DNA of 63,878 bases, the filler included, from Octopus bimaculoides (taxonomy: Eukaryota): assembly GCF_001194135.2 (NCBI RefSeq). It is 5 parts of 4 records of this genome, joined end to end, with 100 filler letters (N's around TTAATTAATTAA, not from the genome) between each part and the next. Parts side by side here need not be neighbours in the genome. Positions count along the whole stretch, not along the records: positions 20,180 to 47,214 come from NC_068987.1; 4 more parts are not named here. One strand, given 5' to 3'. How positions within the stretch are numbered: the stretch's first letter is position 1; each line of letters begins with the position of its first letter. Shown in pieces: positions 24,559-37,999 of the stretch. A program made the position numbers and the translations under genes. The notes beneath the pieces are model-generated. The model was given only the letters and a program-made list of their open reading frames with translations, was not told the origin of the DNA and did not search any database.

Positions 24559-24696
24559 ACCACCACCACCACCACCACCACCACCATGACCACCACCATC
24601 CCTCTTCTTCTTCTTCTTCTTCTTCTTCTTCTTCTTCTTCTTCTTCTTCTTCTTCTTCTTCTTCTTCTCCTTCTTCTTCTCCTTCTTCTTCTTCTG
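24502..24696. repeat. Compound trinucleotide microsatellite (TAC)(TGC)(CAC)(TTC)
   Basis: Read directly. Confidence 0.95.
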
Positions 24697-25437
24697 CAGT
24701 AGAAGTAGTACTGAAATCGTGGTGATATGTGCATGAAGATGATAAGATTAATCTTCATGCTGGTAACTATAATGGCTTAGAAAATGTGATTAATCAGTGA
24801 TCTACTTATTGCAGATAATATTTGCTGTTTCACTCACAACGGTGATGATGTTTAGTAGTGGAGATGTTAGTACAGTTGGTGGCTTTTAGGTTTGTAGCGA
24901 TAGTAATGATAGTAGTGAGATGCAGAAGCGCTTGCAGTGGTAGTAGTGGTGAATGTATTTGTAAGGCCAATAGTTGAGTATCAAAGTACGGCTCCTTAAG
25001 CGGTTGAAACCGAGATGAGTTTCGTTACGATGCCCCAGGAATCTCTGTTGCTCCTTAGCTCCAGATGGTCCCCAGTTTCATGTGTATTTCTGTCGATAAC
25101 ATAAATTTAGTTGTTGGTCTTTGTCCTCTATTAATGTGCGGGAGTCTCCAAAATGTAACATCTGATATATGTATTGGTGTTCTGGATGATAGCAATGGCC
25201 ATTAAAGTCTACCCATCGTTGAACAATAATAGTAGAGATGGGAGGAGTGCATCCATAATTCTATTCTTTGGCCTTGTGCTACAGATATGAAATGTTTTGA
25301 GCCATGACGAGAAAACTGATTTACATAACATCATGGTGATCTTGAAGCTTCTTCTTGATTGTCCTAATTTTGACTCTTTAGGATAAAATGTTCTTTACAC
25401 ATACCCTGAAGAAGGCAAGAGTTGTATTTGAAATAAA

Positions 25438-25859
25438 TATTTGATTGGCAAATGTGTTGAAACTGATTACAGGAAATCCAGGATTGTTTGTTACATGTCG
25501 GTAAGTCTTTTGTACTGTCATAGACTCGAGACACTAGGTAAATAAAGTTACTGATCACCTTCAGTTGTATGCGATCCTTGGAACAAATTATCAAATAACT
25601 TTAACTTTCGTTGATGGTTATGTACTCAGTCGTCTTGTTTGCATTGAGAACCAGATGAACTTTTGGACGAATCTGGTCAATCTGACAAACAGATGCTGGT
25701 CTAGTTATTCTTGTTGTTTAGGTTCGAAGCTATATCGAATGATCTAATATCATTTACCTAGAGTCTCAAATATCTGATAGTACAAAAGACTTACTGACAC
25801 GTTTCGGAACAACGCTGGAATTTCTGCAACAAGTTTTAAAACATTTGCCAATCGAGTAT
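25438..25859. repeat. ~105-bp diverged inverted repeat with ~208-bp spacer
   Basis: 25438-25543 matches the revcomp of 25752-25859 (shared GATTGGCAAATGT, GTAAGTCTTTTGTACT, GAGAC.CTAGGTAAAT). Confidence 0.88.
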
Positions 25860-26139
25860 CATCAAAAACATTTCACGCATAATCACAACATTTCTTCAAA
25901 AGTTGTATTCTGGATTACACTGACCAAAGCATGTGTATACTTTGAAGACAGTACAGTGTTGAAGGGAGATATCAGTGCTATTCTTATCTATGTCGACTGT
26001 CCATTATGACACTCCGATATTTGTTCGTAAAAGTTGTTCTAAGCATTGCTATTTTTATTCTCGCTGTTTCAAGTGCCCGTAAAAATTTAATATTGTCTTG
26101 ATAGATATCAACATCAATACATCAGCTTGCACGAGTATC

Positions 26140-26198
<59 letters not shown>

Positions 26199-26410
26199 NN
26201 NNNNNNNNNNNNNNNNNNNNNNNNNNNNNNNNNNNNNNNNNNNNNNNNNNNNNNNNNNNNNNNNNNNNNNNNNNNNNNNNNNNNNNNNNNNNNNNNNNNN
26301 NNNNNNNNNNNNNNNNNNNNNNNNNNNNNNNNNNNNNNNNNNNNNNNNNNNNNNNNNNNNNNNNNNNNNNNNNNNNNNNNNNNNNNNNNNNNNNNNNNNN
26401 NNNNNNNNNN

Positions 26411-26448
<38 letters not shown>

Positions 26449-26500
26449 CACTATATATATATAATGCATTTTGTGACAAGAAAGTTGACCCTCATCTTCA

Positions 26501-26856
26501 TGGTTCTGGGTTCAGTCACATTGCTGCTTTTACTATAGATTCGGGCTGACCAAAGACTTGTGAGTGTATTTGGTAGGCGAAAAGTGAAAGAAACCCGTCG
26601 TATACATCCATATATGTATGTGTGTGTGTGTGCGTGTGTGTGTGTATGTGTGTGTGTTTGTTTGTCTCACACAGTCGCTTGATAATCAGGTTTGGTTTGT
26701 TTACGTGCTCATAAATTACCAGTTCGGCAAATATGAGCGATATAATAAGTACCACGCTTAAAAGGAATACGTACTGGGTCTGATTTCTATGGCTAAAATT
26801 TTTCAAGGCGATGCCCTTGCATGGCCGTAGTTTTATGGTTGAAACAAGTAAAAGAT
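26501..26856 (+). mobile_element. SINE family A, diverged
   Basis: CATGGTTCTGGGTTCAGTC..GACCAAAGACTTGTGAGTG..TTGAAACAAGTAAAAGA. Confidence 0.8.
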
Positions 26857-28284
26857 ATCTCCCCTATGAATTGCTGTGGAAACCAATGAACATGACTCCG
26901 TGGATATAAACCCAATAGCATCTGGAGTCCTCCAGCTGAAAAAACGCTCTCGCCTCACTCTCCTGATCATAAATGCAGTAAACCAGTGATTAACGCGTTG
27001 TTTAACTCTAAAAAGCAACACTGTTGTTTACATAAAGTTAGATAAGAAAAATAAAATGAATGAATGCTAAAGCCACTTTAAACGACTACAGGTCTCAACT
27101 TTCGGGGCTTGTGATAATCTGAGAAATCATTAAATGCAAGCACGAAACCGAATACTTCACCTTTAGATAAAGTAATATCTATGCTATATTCAAAGCAGTC
27201 GCCATAGTAGTGTTCCTTTAGATTTTGTTAACCTGTTATAGGATGACTTAAGATCCAGTAACGAAAGGTATTTGTTCCGCCAGAATATTAGGAAGCCTCT
27301 GATCTCACGAGCTTCGTTAATGCTATAAAATCTCATCGAAATTTAAGCCTACTGATGCAATGTTTTCCCCCTTTCACTTAGTGTAGCTCGTCACTTAATC
27401 TTCTGTACTAAACATCTTCCTTGTCCTTCAAAAATATCACTACAAATTTGAACTACTTCACCAGAATTCGATAATAAAATTCCGGCAGCCTATTTAATCT
27501 CTTTCTCATTCTCTCTCAACTTCATTCCGACACCTAGCTTCTCCATATATCTATTTATCTATTCGTGATGCTTATAATTTCAGTATCTATCAGTCATCTA
27601 TGTATCTATATCTGCTTCTCTCTACCATCCATCCATCCATCCATCCATCCCTCCATCCATCCATCCCTCCATCCATCCGTTTGTCTGTCTATCTCTTAGT
27701 TTAATCGCTTCTCTATATATTTAAATCTATATTTCTGTCTGTCTACATGTCTGTCACTGTCTGTCTGTTTGTCGCTCTCTCACTATCTGTCTAGTAGTAT
27801 GTCTGTCACATCAAGTGTAGACATGTATACGCCTGTATGTCTATAAGCACGTAAGAATGTCATTCTTCATTATCTGTCACTGTCTCTCTCAATCCATTTT
27901 CTCTAGTGTCTCTCAAAGATCTCTTTATGTGGAACGCTGACGACATGTGACTGAGGAGCAACGTTATTTGGTTTTATTTACTTCAGTACTTCTTTATTGA
28001 CCTGAAATAAAAGCCTACCTACTTCGTTGATCTCATTCTTATCACGATGTCCATCAAACAAATCCTTGCAAGGATTCACATATCAAATTAATTTGATTTC
28101 GAGATAAAGAATGATTTATGCATGAATGCAGAATACATACGTGCATATATATACAAATATGTGTGTACATGCATACATATATACATATACGCATATGTAT
28201 GCATATAGGTACGATTGTTCATGTATAATATGTGTATAAATATGCACATACATAAGCGCATACAAACACGTATATATGTATGTA

Positions 28285-28489
28285 TAGTAATCCCTCAACT
28301 GTTGCGGGTGTTACGTTCCAAAACTCCCCATGATAGATGAAAATCCGCGAAGTAGCAACAGTACTGTATATTTTTTTTAATTATTTTCATAATTTGTATA
28401 TATTTATTTTGTTATAAATGCAAAACAACACCACCGAGGAATCAACGTAAGCTTAAATAATAAACCGCGATAGGGCAAGGGAATTACTG
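28285..28489. mobile_element. Tigger/pogo-type MITE (205 bp) with TA TSD
   Basis: Left TAGTAATCCCTCAACTGTTGCGG versus right revcomp CAGTAATTCCCTTGCCCTATCGCGG. TA on both sides. Confidence 0.78.
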
Positions 28490-28574
28490 TATACGTACAT
28501 ATATACATGTACTTCACACATACATACATACATACATAATATATATACATATATGTGTGTATATGTATATATGG

Positions 28575-28725
<151 letters not shown>

Positions 28726-29164
28726 TATTTCACAGACATGCACTTACTTTCTTCCAAGTTTGCATTCATTTACTTTTAAATAAAAATCCGATAACTCGAT
28801 GATTTACAAAGTCTCTTCATATTTGACAAGAGAAGAGTTTATTTACATTGATTTCTTTTTATTGACTCTATAATTGAACTAAAATTTCCAGTTCTATTCT
28901 TTGAATATCAGTTGAACCAACCAAAGTATATTACTGTTAATTAATTCAACTATATCACAGAGATTTAAAAGCAGAATCTAAAATGAATTTTGTCTGATAC
29001 GTCAGTGTTTTAACTCACGCAGCACTTTCGTTTAAACGAATTAATAAAGTAATTCAATGTTTCTGTAGAAGTCACTACTGTTCCATAATCAGACAATAAG
29101 TATATAAATGTTATACTATAATAGTAATAGTAATGGTTTCAAAATTTATTATAAGGCCAGCAGG

Positions 29165-30632
29165 TTCAAATTCTCTGACTGAGATATAACGATCAGCTGG
29201 TTCTGTCATATCTATGAGATAGCAGGCATGTTGTCGATGGTCTTTGATAATAATATCAGGGCTACTACCATTGATCAGTCTCAATATGGATGAGAAAGTC
29301 GTACAGAATAGTAACTCTGTTGCCCTCTGTGATGGTTTCGAGTGGTGATTATACCAGTTTTCAGGAATGGTTCCAATGTACGTACTGCGCAATTCGGGCG
29401 TGTCTGGTTTTGTACTCGGTTATTGTGAGTTTAAAACAGCCAGCCACAACGTGGTCGAAGGTTTCAATACTCTTATCAGATAGTCCACAGTTTGAAACAG
29501 CACCACTGCGGAGGACATTTGCTTGGTAGTTTGCAGTGAGTAGGGACTGATCCTGAGCTGCCATTATAAAACCTTCAGCTTCTACCTTTTGGTCTGATCT
29601 GTGCAACACCTTATGTATTATTTATTTATCTATGTCTACTTCGCTTGTCTATTTGGGATATTGACCATGGAGCGGTTTCCCTTGCCATTTGTTTATAAGG
29701 CCTTACTTTTTGACTTTTTGTGTCACGTGCTTCGCTGCTTGTGCTGGTACTGTAGCTTCGGTATTATCATTGACAGTTAAGTTTAGTTCTCTTTTATACT
29801 TCTGTGCCGCTTTAACGACAAAGTATAGACTTTTGTTCCCGTCATGTTGATTTACTAACTGTATCATCCAGTGGAAGCTATTCTTGATACATGAATTAAG
29901 TCCTACTGTGGTGATCTTGTAGGATGATTCTACCTGCATGAGACCTCTACCGCCCTGTTTTCGGGAAACGTGGGTTCTATGAAACATGTAAAATTTTGAA
30001 TGTTGCATTTTGCTTGATATCATTAGTTTTCTTGTTTTGGTGTACATTCATTGAAGTTCATTTATATTTCAATTAATTATATTATGACTTACTGTAGCAC
30101 TGGGACAGCAAGTGAATTAATGGCTTGAATCCTATTCTGGAAATTCAGTTCCGTTTTCATTATCAGTTTTACTCTCCTATAATATTCTTTCCTGATTTTT
30201 TTTCCTTCATTGCACTGTATTGGATACATTTTCTTTCATTTATTACTATACATTTATATGCTCCATCTTGGTCTAATTCTTTGATAATAGTTTTATCCGT
30301 TAGAGTAATGCACGATGAGATTTCCTCGTTAATGTTGCATCGGTTCACTTATCCAAGCCAAATTCCAGTTATTAGTAATCCCCCAGATCATTATCATGTT
30401 TCGCATATAGCTTGAGATCATCCAAATAAAAGAGGTGTGAGATGGTTCTATCAAAGATTTTGAATCCATATCGTGTACGGTTAAATTCCTGTTACAGAGA
30501 TATGAGTGCTTAGCAAAAAATGTAATGGAGACAATGAGTCTTCTTAGAAGATATCTCGGTTAATCTTACTACTACCAGATGTCCTTATGCCTTTATTATG
30601 ACTGAAGTACAATTTTAGGTGCCTCATGCCCA
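29165..30632 (-). mobile_element. R4/Dong-like LINE (RT C-terminal half, CCHC, RLE), degenerate
   Basis: DIF*EDSLSPL (GIFQGDSLSPL-like), ISHLFYLDDLKLY, SRKQGGRGLMQVE, CGLSDKSIETFDHVVAGC, PDIIIKD..CYLIDMTEP. The 5' truncation abuts (TAA)n. Confidence 0.88.
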
Positions 30633-30635
30633 TAT

Positions 30636-30646
30636 TATTATTGTTG

Positions 30647-30699
<53 letters not shown>
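30636..30699. repeat. (TTA)n tract
   Basis: Read directly. Confidence 0.95.
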
Positions 30700-31430
30700 G
30701 AGTGAGGAAGGAGCGCATGGCATTAAAGTGACACTGGGGTACAAATATACGAAGCCCAATATACCCATAAGGGTACATCAGGCACATGCATTACAAACAT
30801 ATGTGCGCGACATGGTGATCTTATATCAAGTTAAACAGCGCATGAGCTTGCAGCTGGGGCCCAATTAGAATATTCTTCATGTCGAGTAGCCCATCCCGCT
30901 CAAAAGATCCCTGAATATTATTATGTAAGAGAGTAGTGCACGCCATCAAAGTAACACTCGGACAAAATATACGAAGCCCAGTATACCCATCATGACTACA
31001 CGTCTGATAAGGGTACACCAGGCACATGCATCACAATTACATGTGCGCGACATGGTGATCTCATATCAAGATAAACAGTGCATGTCCTAGCTGGTGGGGC
31101 CCAGTTAGAATTTTCTTCAGGTCGAGTAGAATAGGGGTTGTTTAAGTATCTTGAACGAAACACCCATGTTTCAAACTCCAAAGAATTCCTCTCATCCCAT
31201 GGCTCCCTCACTGCTGCTCGTGATCAGAGATGCACATATCGTCAACCACCAAACGACATGCTCAACTGGTTATGGTCTAACAACTGACAAATAAATCTGT
31301 GGTATTAGCAGAATATTTGCTGTAGCCTATCTTTTATACCAAGACAAAACAGTGTACATGATAACACTTCCAATCAGTTAGGATGATACGCCATGAGAGC
31401 CATTGCCTAGTACTGCCTAGTACTGCATCA
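30700..31430 (-). mobile_element. Non-coding retroposon-like repeat with duplicated ~220-bp 3' end and TAA tails
   Basis: 30700-30915 and 30925-31130 are diverged direct repeats (ATACGAAGCCCA.TATACCCAT, TGTGCGCGACATGGTGATCT), each followed on the minus strand by ATA/TAA repeats. Confidence 0.6.
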
Positions 31431-31819
31431 TATGAAAATTACTCGCACCAGCGGCCAATGTGTTGCAGTTAATGTATACGCACGGTCCTCAGGACAGTGT
31501 GTATACATTAAGTATGATACATAAACGAATATTTTAATTAAATACTGTCTTAATTGCATATACTGTATTTTAACCAGTCGAGCGGCTATTCGCAACAACA
31601 CTAAATAGTTTATTGACTTTTCCCTATATCAGAGACGAAGAATTCTCATTTAGCCATTGGTTGGCTGTAAGTACGTACCATTGAAATAGCCCCGAAAAAG
31701 CCGAATTTGTAGAAAATATTTACTACTCTTTGGGATGGGGCCTGGAACAAAATGTTTACCAAAATGTTTACTAAAATGTTTATCACTGCTAAAAAAAGAT
31801 ACAAAACTATTGAATGATA

Positions 31820-32024
31820 TAGGTTTCAAAATTTGGAGCACGGCAAGCAATATCGGGTAAGGTGTTAGTCGACTACATCGACCCTGGTACTTATTTTATA
31901 CACACCGAAAGGATGAAAAGCAATGTCGAATCTGGCAGCATATGAACTCAGAAAGTAAAGTCGGACGAAATGCCGCTAAGCATTTTTGTCTGGCGTGCTA
32001 ACGGTTCTCCCAGTTCGCCGCTTT
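31820..32024 (-). mobile_element. SINE family B
   Basis: GGTACTTATTTT..GAAAGGATGAAAAGC..GAACTCAGAA..GAAATGCCGCTAAGCATT. Confidence 0.8.
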
Positions 32025-32079
32025 TAACCAGTGAATAATATTCATTTGGTCGCAGTGTATAATAAAACTGTTGACACAT

Positions 32080-32224
32080 GGCCAGCGATTTCGAGGAAGT
32101 GGTGAATCGATTACATCAACCCCAGTGTTCAACCAGTACTTACTTTATCGGTTCCGAAAGGATGAAATGTATTGTCGACCAAGACGGAATTTGAACATAG
32201 AACAGTTCTGCCAGCTCGCCGTTT
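32080..32224 (-). mobile_element. SINE family B, internally deleted
   Basis: GATTACATCAACCCCAGTG..GGAATTTGAAC..TTCTGCCAGCTCGCCG. Confidence 0.75.
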
Positions 32225-32689
32225 TCGAATAATATTAATTTAAGTGGCTACCACCAAATTTTCGGCCGATAATGACTAAACGAATTCCTTCTCCTAAGAT
32301 GTTTAAGCCACATTGATTTCGGAAACGACTAAAGAAACATTTTTTTCCACATTTTCAGTATATTTATGGCCCGTATGTGTCACAAATTTTATGTCTAGTT
32401 AATGATTCTGTTGAAATGATACATATAAAATATAATCACGGTTTAGTTGCCTCAAATAGAAATACGAAATTTTAAACTCTATATTGTATTGAGACCGTAT
32501 CAGACATATGGGGTCAAACAAGTACATTGTTATGGACATTGATGCGTGAGTTTGCTTATGCTTATGTATGTCAACTTTGTGTGATGTATTTTGTATGTGA
32601 ATATCATTTACAAATATAACTCCAAACCATTCCACCCATTCTCCTAGCTCGTGCACACACACATATATGTATATACATGTATATGTGTG

Positions 32690-32750
<61 letters not shown>

Positions 32751-33015
32751 TATCTATGTGAATACATGTGTATATAGTTATTTGTGTGTGTGTATGTATA
32801 TCTGTCACTTACTTTTTGCTTCCCAGTTTACACTCTCTAAACCTCAGTATCTCTTTCGTTCGAACACCTCCCTCTTTCTCTACCCTCCCCTCCACTTATC
32901 TATATTTTACACCTATCTCATTTACACTCAATACATATCCTCCCTCTCGATACTTAATTCAAATATCTGTGCTTATGTTTGTGTATATACTTACTATAGT
33001 ATCTCTACTACTACC

Positions 33016-33069
<54 letters not shown>

Positions 33070-33152
33070 CACACGCGCGTGCGTACGCAACGACACACTA
33101 TCTTAGTCTAACTTTTCTTTGAGTATTGTGACGTTATATAAATATGTATATA

Positions 33153-34521
33153 CTAGCTGTTGGACCCGGCGTTGCTTGTGTTTTCCGAGTTGAAGTTAAG
33201 CCCACCTCTGACCTTGTATTGAAATGTTCTACGTTCCCCGTACAAACTATTACCCATTAAGTTGTTATATCTAGTTCGGCATGAATTTTACCCGGTTAAC
33301 GCTTTCAACATACTCCTACATACTGGACCGTCTGAAATCGTAGTCAAATTTCTCGGTGTATCTTGACCCGTCGAGAGTGATGTTTGTTTATTTCTCTCCC
33401 CTTAATTCCACCCTCTGTACAAAATTGATCAGAGTGTCCAATCTCAGTAATATCCTGAGAAAAGTGTTAAGGTTATGTCATAAAATAGAATCCATGTGAC
33501 CATTTACATGAAAATATCCCATTGACTTTTAAATCCCAATACATTATATGGATAATCGATGTTTCATATGTTGAAGTGCTTAATTTTACTCATGGGTCAA
33601 TTTTCTTCAAAATTAGTTCATTACTTTATTGTGAGTGAATTTTGACGATTTCTCCCTTTCACCAGTTTAATTTTAATTCAACTACATGACTCCAACTATA
33701 AACTTTACCTAAATGTCAAATTTCATCAAAATCGGATGAATTCTGTAGAAGTTACAGCATAAAATAGCAATCCTATGGATAATTGCATACAAAAAGCCCA
33801 TTGATTTCTTAAAATACCCCGCTCACGCGCAATTATCGATTTTTTTTGTCAACTCTTCAACCTGGTATCAACTAATGGGCATGAACCTTAATCACGTGTG
33901 AAATTTCTACAAAATCGATAAGGATCTCTCTAAGGAAATGCTTATTTGCATTTGTGCCCTTTTCAAGCCCTTTTGAATTAAATAAACACATTTATCGCCC
34001 CCTCCACCACCACAAGATTTACCTACATCGCAAATTTCATTAAAATCGGATAAAAAATATAAAAGTTACGGCCAAAAATAAAATCCCTATCGGTATTTGT
34101 GCGCAAAAAAAACCTATTGATTTTATAAAACCACTTCTCAGGCGCAATTATCGATTTTTCTTTCAACGTCATAATTGTTTTTCAACGTCATCATTTTTTT
34201 TCAACGTCATCATATACTGACATCAACTCACCGCTATGAGCATCGCTCACTCATCGATTTTCATCAAAATTGGATAAAAAATGCAAAAGCTACAAGAAAA
34301 ATAACATCGTTATGCCAATTTCCATTCAGACGCCCGATTGAGCTCACAAAAATCGATACCAATTGAGCATTCTCGAGTTTTGGAAAAATTCAGGCCTTAT
34401 TTGAACATGTGATGTACCTATGTGTCAAAAGTCATTCAAATCGGTTGGACGGTGTGGGAGGAGTTAGTGTAACCCCAAACACACACACAGACAGACACCA
34501 TAACACATTTATGTATGTAGA
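33153..34521 (-). mobile_element. Complete non-autonomous Helitron (~1.37 kb)
   Basis: The minus strand begins A|TCTACATACATAAA and ends GCAACGCCGGGTCCAACAGCTAG|T: 5'-TC, 3'-CTAG, inserted between A and T. Repeated AAATTTCATCAAAATCGG motifs. Confidence 0.82.
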
Positions 34522-35005
34522 TTTGAAAAGCTATTTATCTCCGACTAAAGACCTTAACTGGTATGTCATTGTGGGTTGGATGTGTTAGGGGTTAAAAGCA
34601 AACAAAATCGTAAAAAAATGTTGTAAAGCGTTTCGCTTGCAGAAAAAATATATGTTCTCACGATTTTAAACTCAGGCATCGGCGAAACGCTTCGGTGTGT
34701 GCGTAGTCTTTTAACTGCTAGCCATTTTTAGTACAAAGCATCATATGTTAATGGTTTTTAGCGATAAACTATATTTTGAACTAAAATCGGGGTGGAAGCG
34801 GTGATGAAGCGAGTGATGAGTATGGCAATGTTGGAGATGGTAGTGGCGGAAGGAGATTAAGGCAAAGAAGTAAACTTAGAGAAATCGACGGAAGTTTCTT
34901 ATATCTTTTGCAAAACATAGAAGACGTTCTACAACCTAACACATTCTTGCGTATTTATACATATTCTCACGTGCATAGATATAAATCGTATCCAAAGTAT
35001 GTATG

Positions 35006-35086
<81 letters not shown>

Positions 35087-35607
35087 TATTTGTATTTGGC
35101 TTGCAAGATTGATTCTCTACGTGAATTCGTGTGTTGAAGCATATTGTATTGTGTCTGGGGAGAGTCATTCTCTTTTAGTGCCTTATTACGTAACACACTC
35201 ACCGATTCGATTTTCGTTGCGTTTGCAGCCTTTTCAATAGTCATTGCTAGACACAACGAAAATTTTAGAAAAAATAGATAAGCGAGTGGAAATCGTGTGT
35301 TAAGTAATAAGGGACGAAAAGAGACTGACTCTTCACAGACACAATAATATATACTTGTATTTATATATATAGAGAGAGAGATATGTAAAAATATATTTAT
35401 ATGTGTGCGTGTTTGTGTCAACGCATGATTTTTATGTGTACGACTTTTGTGCATGTATGTATAATTAGAAAAGTTAATAGAGCTATAAAATATTGAAATG
35501 CTTCCTTGAATGCATATACTGTGTTTGTATGCTTGTTGCACACATGCATTCACTCACATATATGCACACTTGCACACGTACACACGCACACACACACTAA
35601 CACGCAT

Positions 35608-35646
<39 letters not shown>

Positions 35647-36344
35647 TATACACCAGTACATAGTTATATCAATATAAGAGACTTTCTTCATTACTGTAAA
35701 TATTGATGCTTTTACGTACACGTACTCACATGCAGGCACGTACAAATACACTCATAATCGTACCCCTGCATACACACATATAAACAGTAATAGTTTTACA
35801 TCTGAAAGCGTCTACTTGTATAGTCATTGATAAACATGACTAAAGCAATACTGAAAGAAATATTTTATCTTTCTTTTATACTACGTAAACGATAGGGAAA
35901 AGACCCAGTATTTTAAAAATAAACAGAAGCTACAGGGAGCAAGTTTTTAAGCTGGCTGCAGTGTGTTTGAAGCAGATACTAGCTGAAGTCAATAAGTAAA
36001 ACATACTTGAACTATTTGTTCAATATTATCTCTTTCTCAGTATTTCAATAATGGATGTTATTTCGTCACAATGATGCACATATTTATTCTTAATACATTC
36101 CAGCACACTACAACATGAATATGCTAATCGCCGTTATACTTCATCTTCGGAGAATAACTTCTATCAAATGATATGTGTTCACTACACACTTGATTCATTG
36201 AGGAAAGGAGACTCTGAGATACCAGTAATTCAACTTGGTTTTAGATACAGTTACAGCTCTCTCCGAACCAATGCCATAAATAAGAGTTGTGACTCTTGCT
36301 TATAGAAACCACTAAACAAGTTATTTGCTGATGAGTGTTACACG

Positions 36345-36740
36345 TAGACGTGGCTATGTAAATTGCAGTAAGGGTAGACTTATCTTCCAGCATTTATTGA
36401 TGTCTTTATACCATTATTTAAGCTCGCTTTGCAACCAAACGGTTTGAGATTCAGTCCACTGCGCGTCAACTTGGGAATTTTCTACTGTAACCTCAGTCGA
36501 CTAATGCTTTGTGAGTGAATTTGGTTGACAGAAACTGTGTGGAAACTCGTCGTGTTTTTGTGTATATCTTTGACCACGTCACAATGTTTGACTAGTGATG
36601 CTAGTTTGATCCAACGTCTGTTACTTAGCAGTTCGGCATAAGGTAAGTATAGAGTAAATACAAGACTTAAAAACAAGCATTGGGTCGATTTCTCCGACCG
36701 ATCAAACCAAACAAGGCAGTGCTCCAGCATGGCTGCTGTA
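36345..36740 (+). mobile_element. SINE family A, old and diverged
   Basis: ATTCAGTCCACTGCG, TTTGTGAGTGAATTTGGTTGACAGAAACTG, GCAGTGCTCCAGCATGGCTG. Confidence 0.65.
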
Positions 36741-37419
36741 CTTTGTGCCCACAACAAATTATTATTTCACCACACATACATATATGCGCACACTCGCACT
36801 CTCGCTCACACATATAACACATGCTGGCTCGCATACGTCCACATCGATATACGTTGGCATTAATACAAGGTTGACTCTCCTGTTATAAAAAGACGAGGGT
36901 CCACAGATTTTTGCTGAACAATCTGAACAGTGGATTTGTTTATCACGATCAAATGTTTGCGCTCAACGCCGCGATCAACCCGACATTGTCTGTACAGGTG
37001 CTCGGCATGCCGCACATCAGAGGTTGAAATGATCGTAGAGCAATGTGAAACGAAATGTTTTGCTCAAGAACACTATGTCAGTGAATAATGTGATTTGTCA
37101 TTACATGTCGAAATAATAAAGTAGTTTTCAAGTGACGAAATCCAACAACGAATAGCATACTCACATGGAGGATGATCGGAACGTGGTGAGAATGTCTATA
37201 CATATCATTTTTAGAACATTAATTATATTTTTGCACACACTCCTGAAGTTAAACCTCTGGATTTAGATTATATATGTTTTTTTTTTATATCTTCTCTGTA
37301 TATGCCTCAAAGTTCAATACTTATATTGTTATCATTATCAATATATTTAGAATCTTTACTTGGGGTATCAATGGACTGATAATTCTCTTTTTATATGTTA
37401 TGTAGCATTTATTCCGGTG

Positions 37420-37630
37420 GTGGCAGGCAGAATGGTTAGAGTATCGAACAAAATGCCTCGCGGTATTTCTACGGACGCATTACATTCCGAGTTCAAATTA
37501 ACCCGAAGTCAACTTTGCCTATCATTTTTAAGGGGTAGATAAAATAAAACCCCGATCAAGCATTGCGGTCGTTGGCATCGGCTAACCCTTTCCCTTAGAA
37601 TTGCTGGTCTTGTGCCAAAATTTGAATCCA
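37420..37630 (+). mobile_element. SINE family B, diverged
   Basis: GGCAGAATGGTTAGAG..GAGTTCAAAT..GTCAACTTTGCC..TTGCTGGTCTTGTGCCAAAATTTGAA. Confidence 0.75.
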
Positions 37631-37962
37631 ATGTCTGTAACGTTTTCAGTTAATTAGGGACACTAGGAAGAAATGTGATACCAATTAAAGGTCTCAGTAA
37701 ATAATATGGCATTCATGGAACATTGAAGGCCAATTTATTTTTATTTTACAGATCCCGGCGTGCAATTTCAATGGTGATAGTGTTTAGAGTTTGTCATTAC
37801 CGTTTATTTCTCTTAATATCTTCTTGTACGCCATAGCATAATTCTGAACAAAATTACCTCTACATATGCGTCACGGCATTAAGCTTTCTTTTCAGCATTT
37901 GAGAGATCACACATGCACATATGCAAACACATATATACATATGCAAAACACACATACAGGAA

Positions 37963-37999
<37 letters not shown>

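Noticed and set aside
24480-24758. Poly-Y/C/H/S and poly-R/V/A ORFs
   Set aside because: These are translations of a compound trinucleotide microsatellite.
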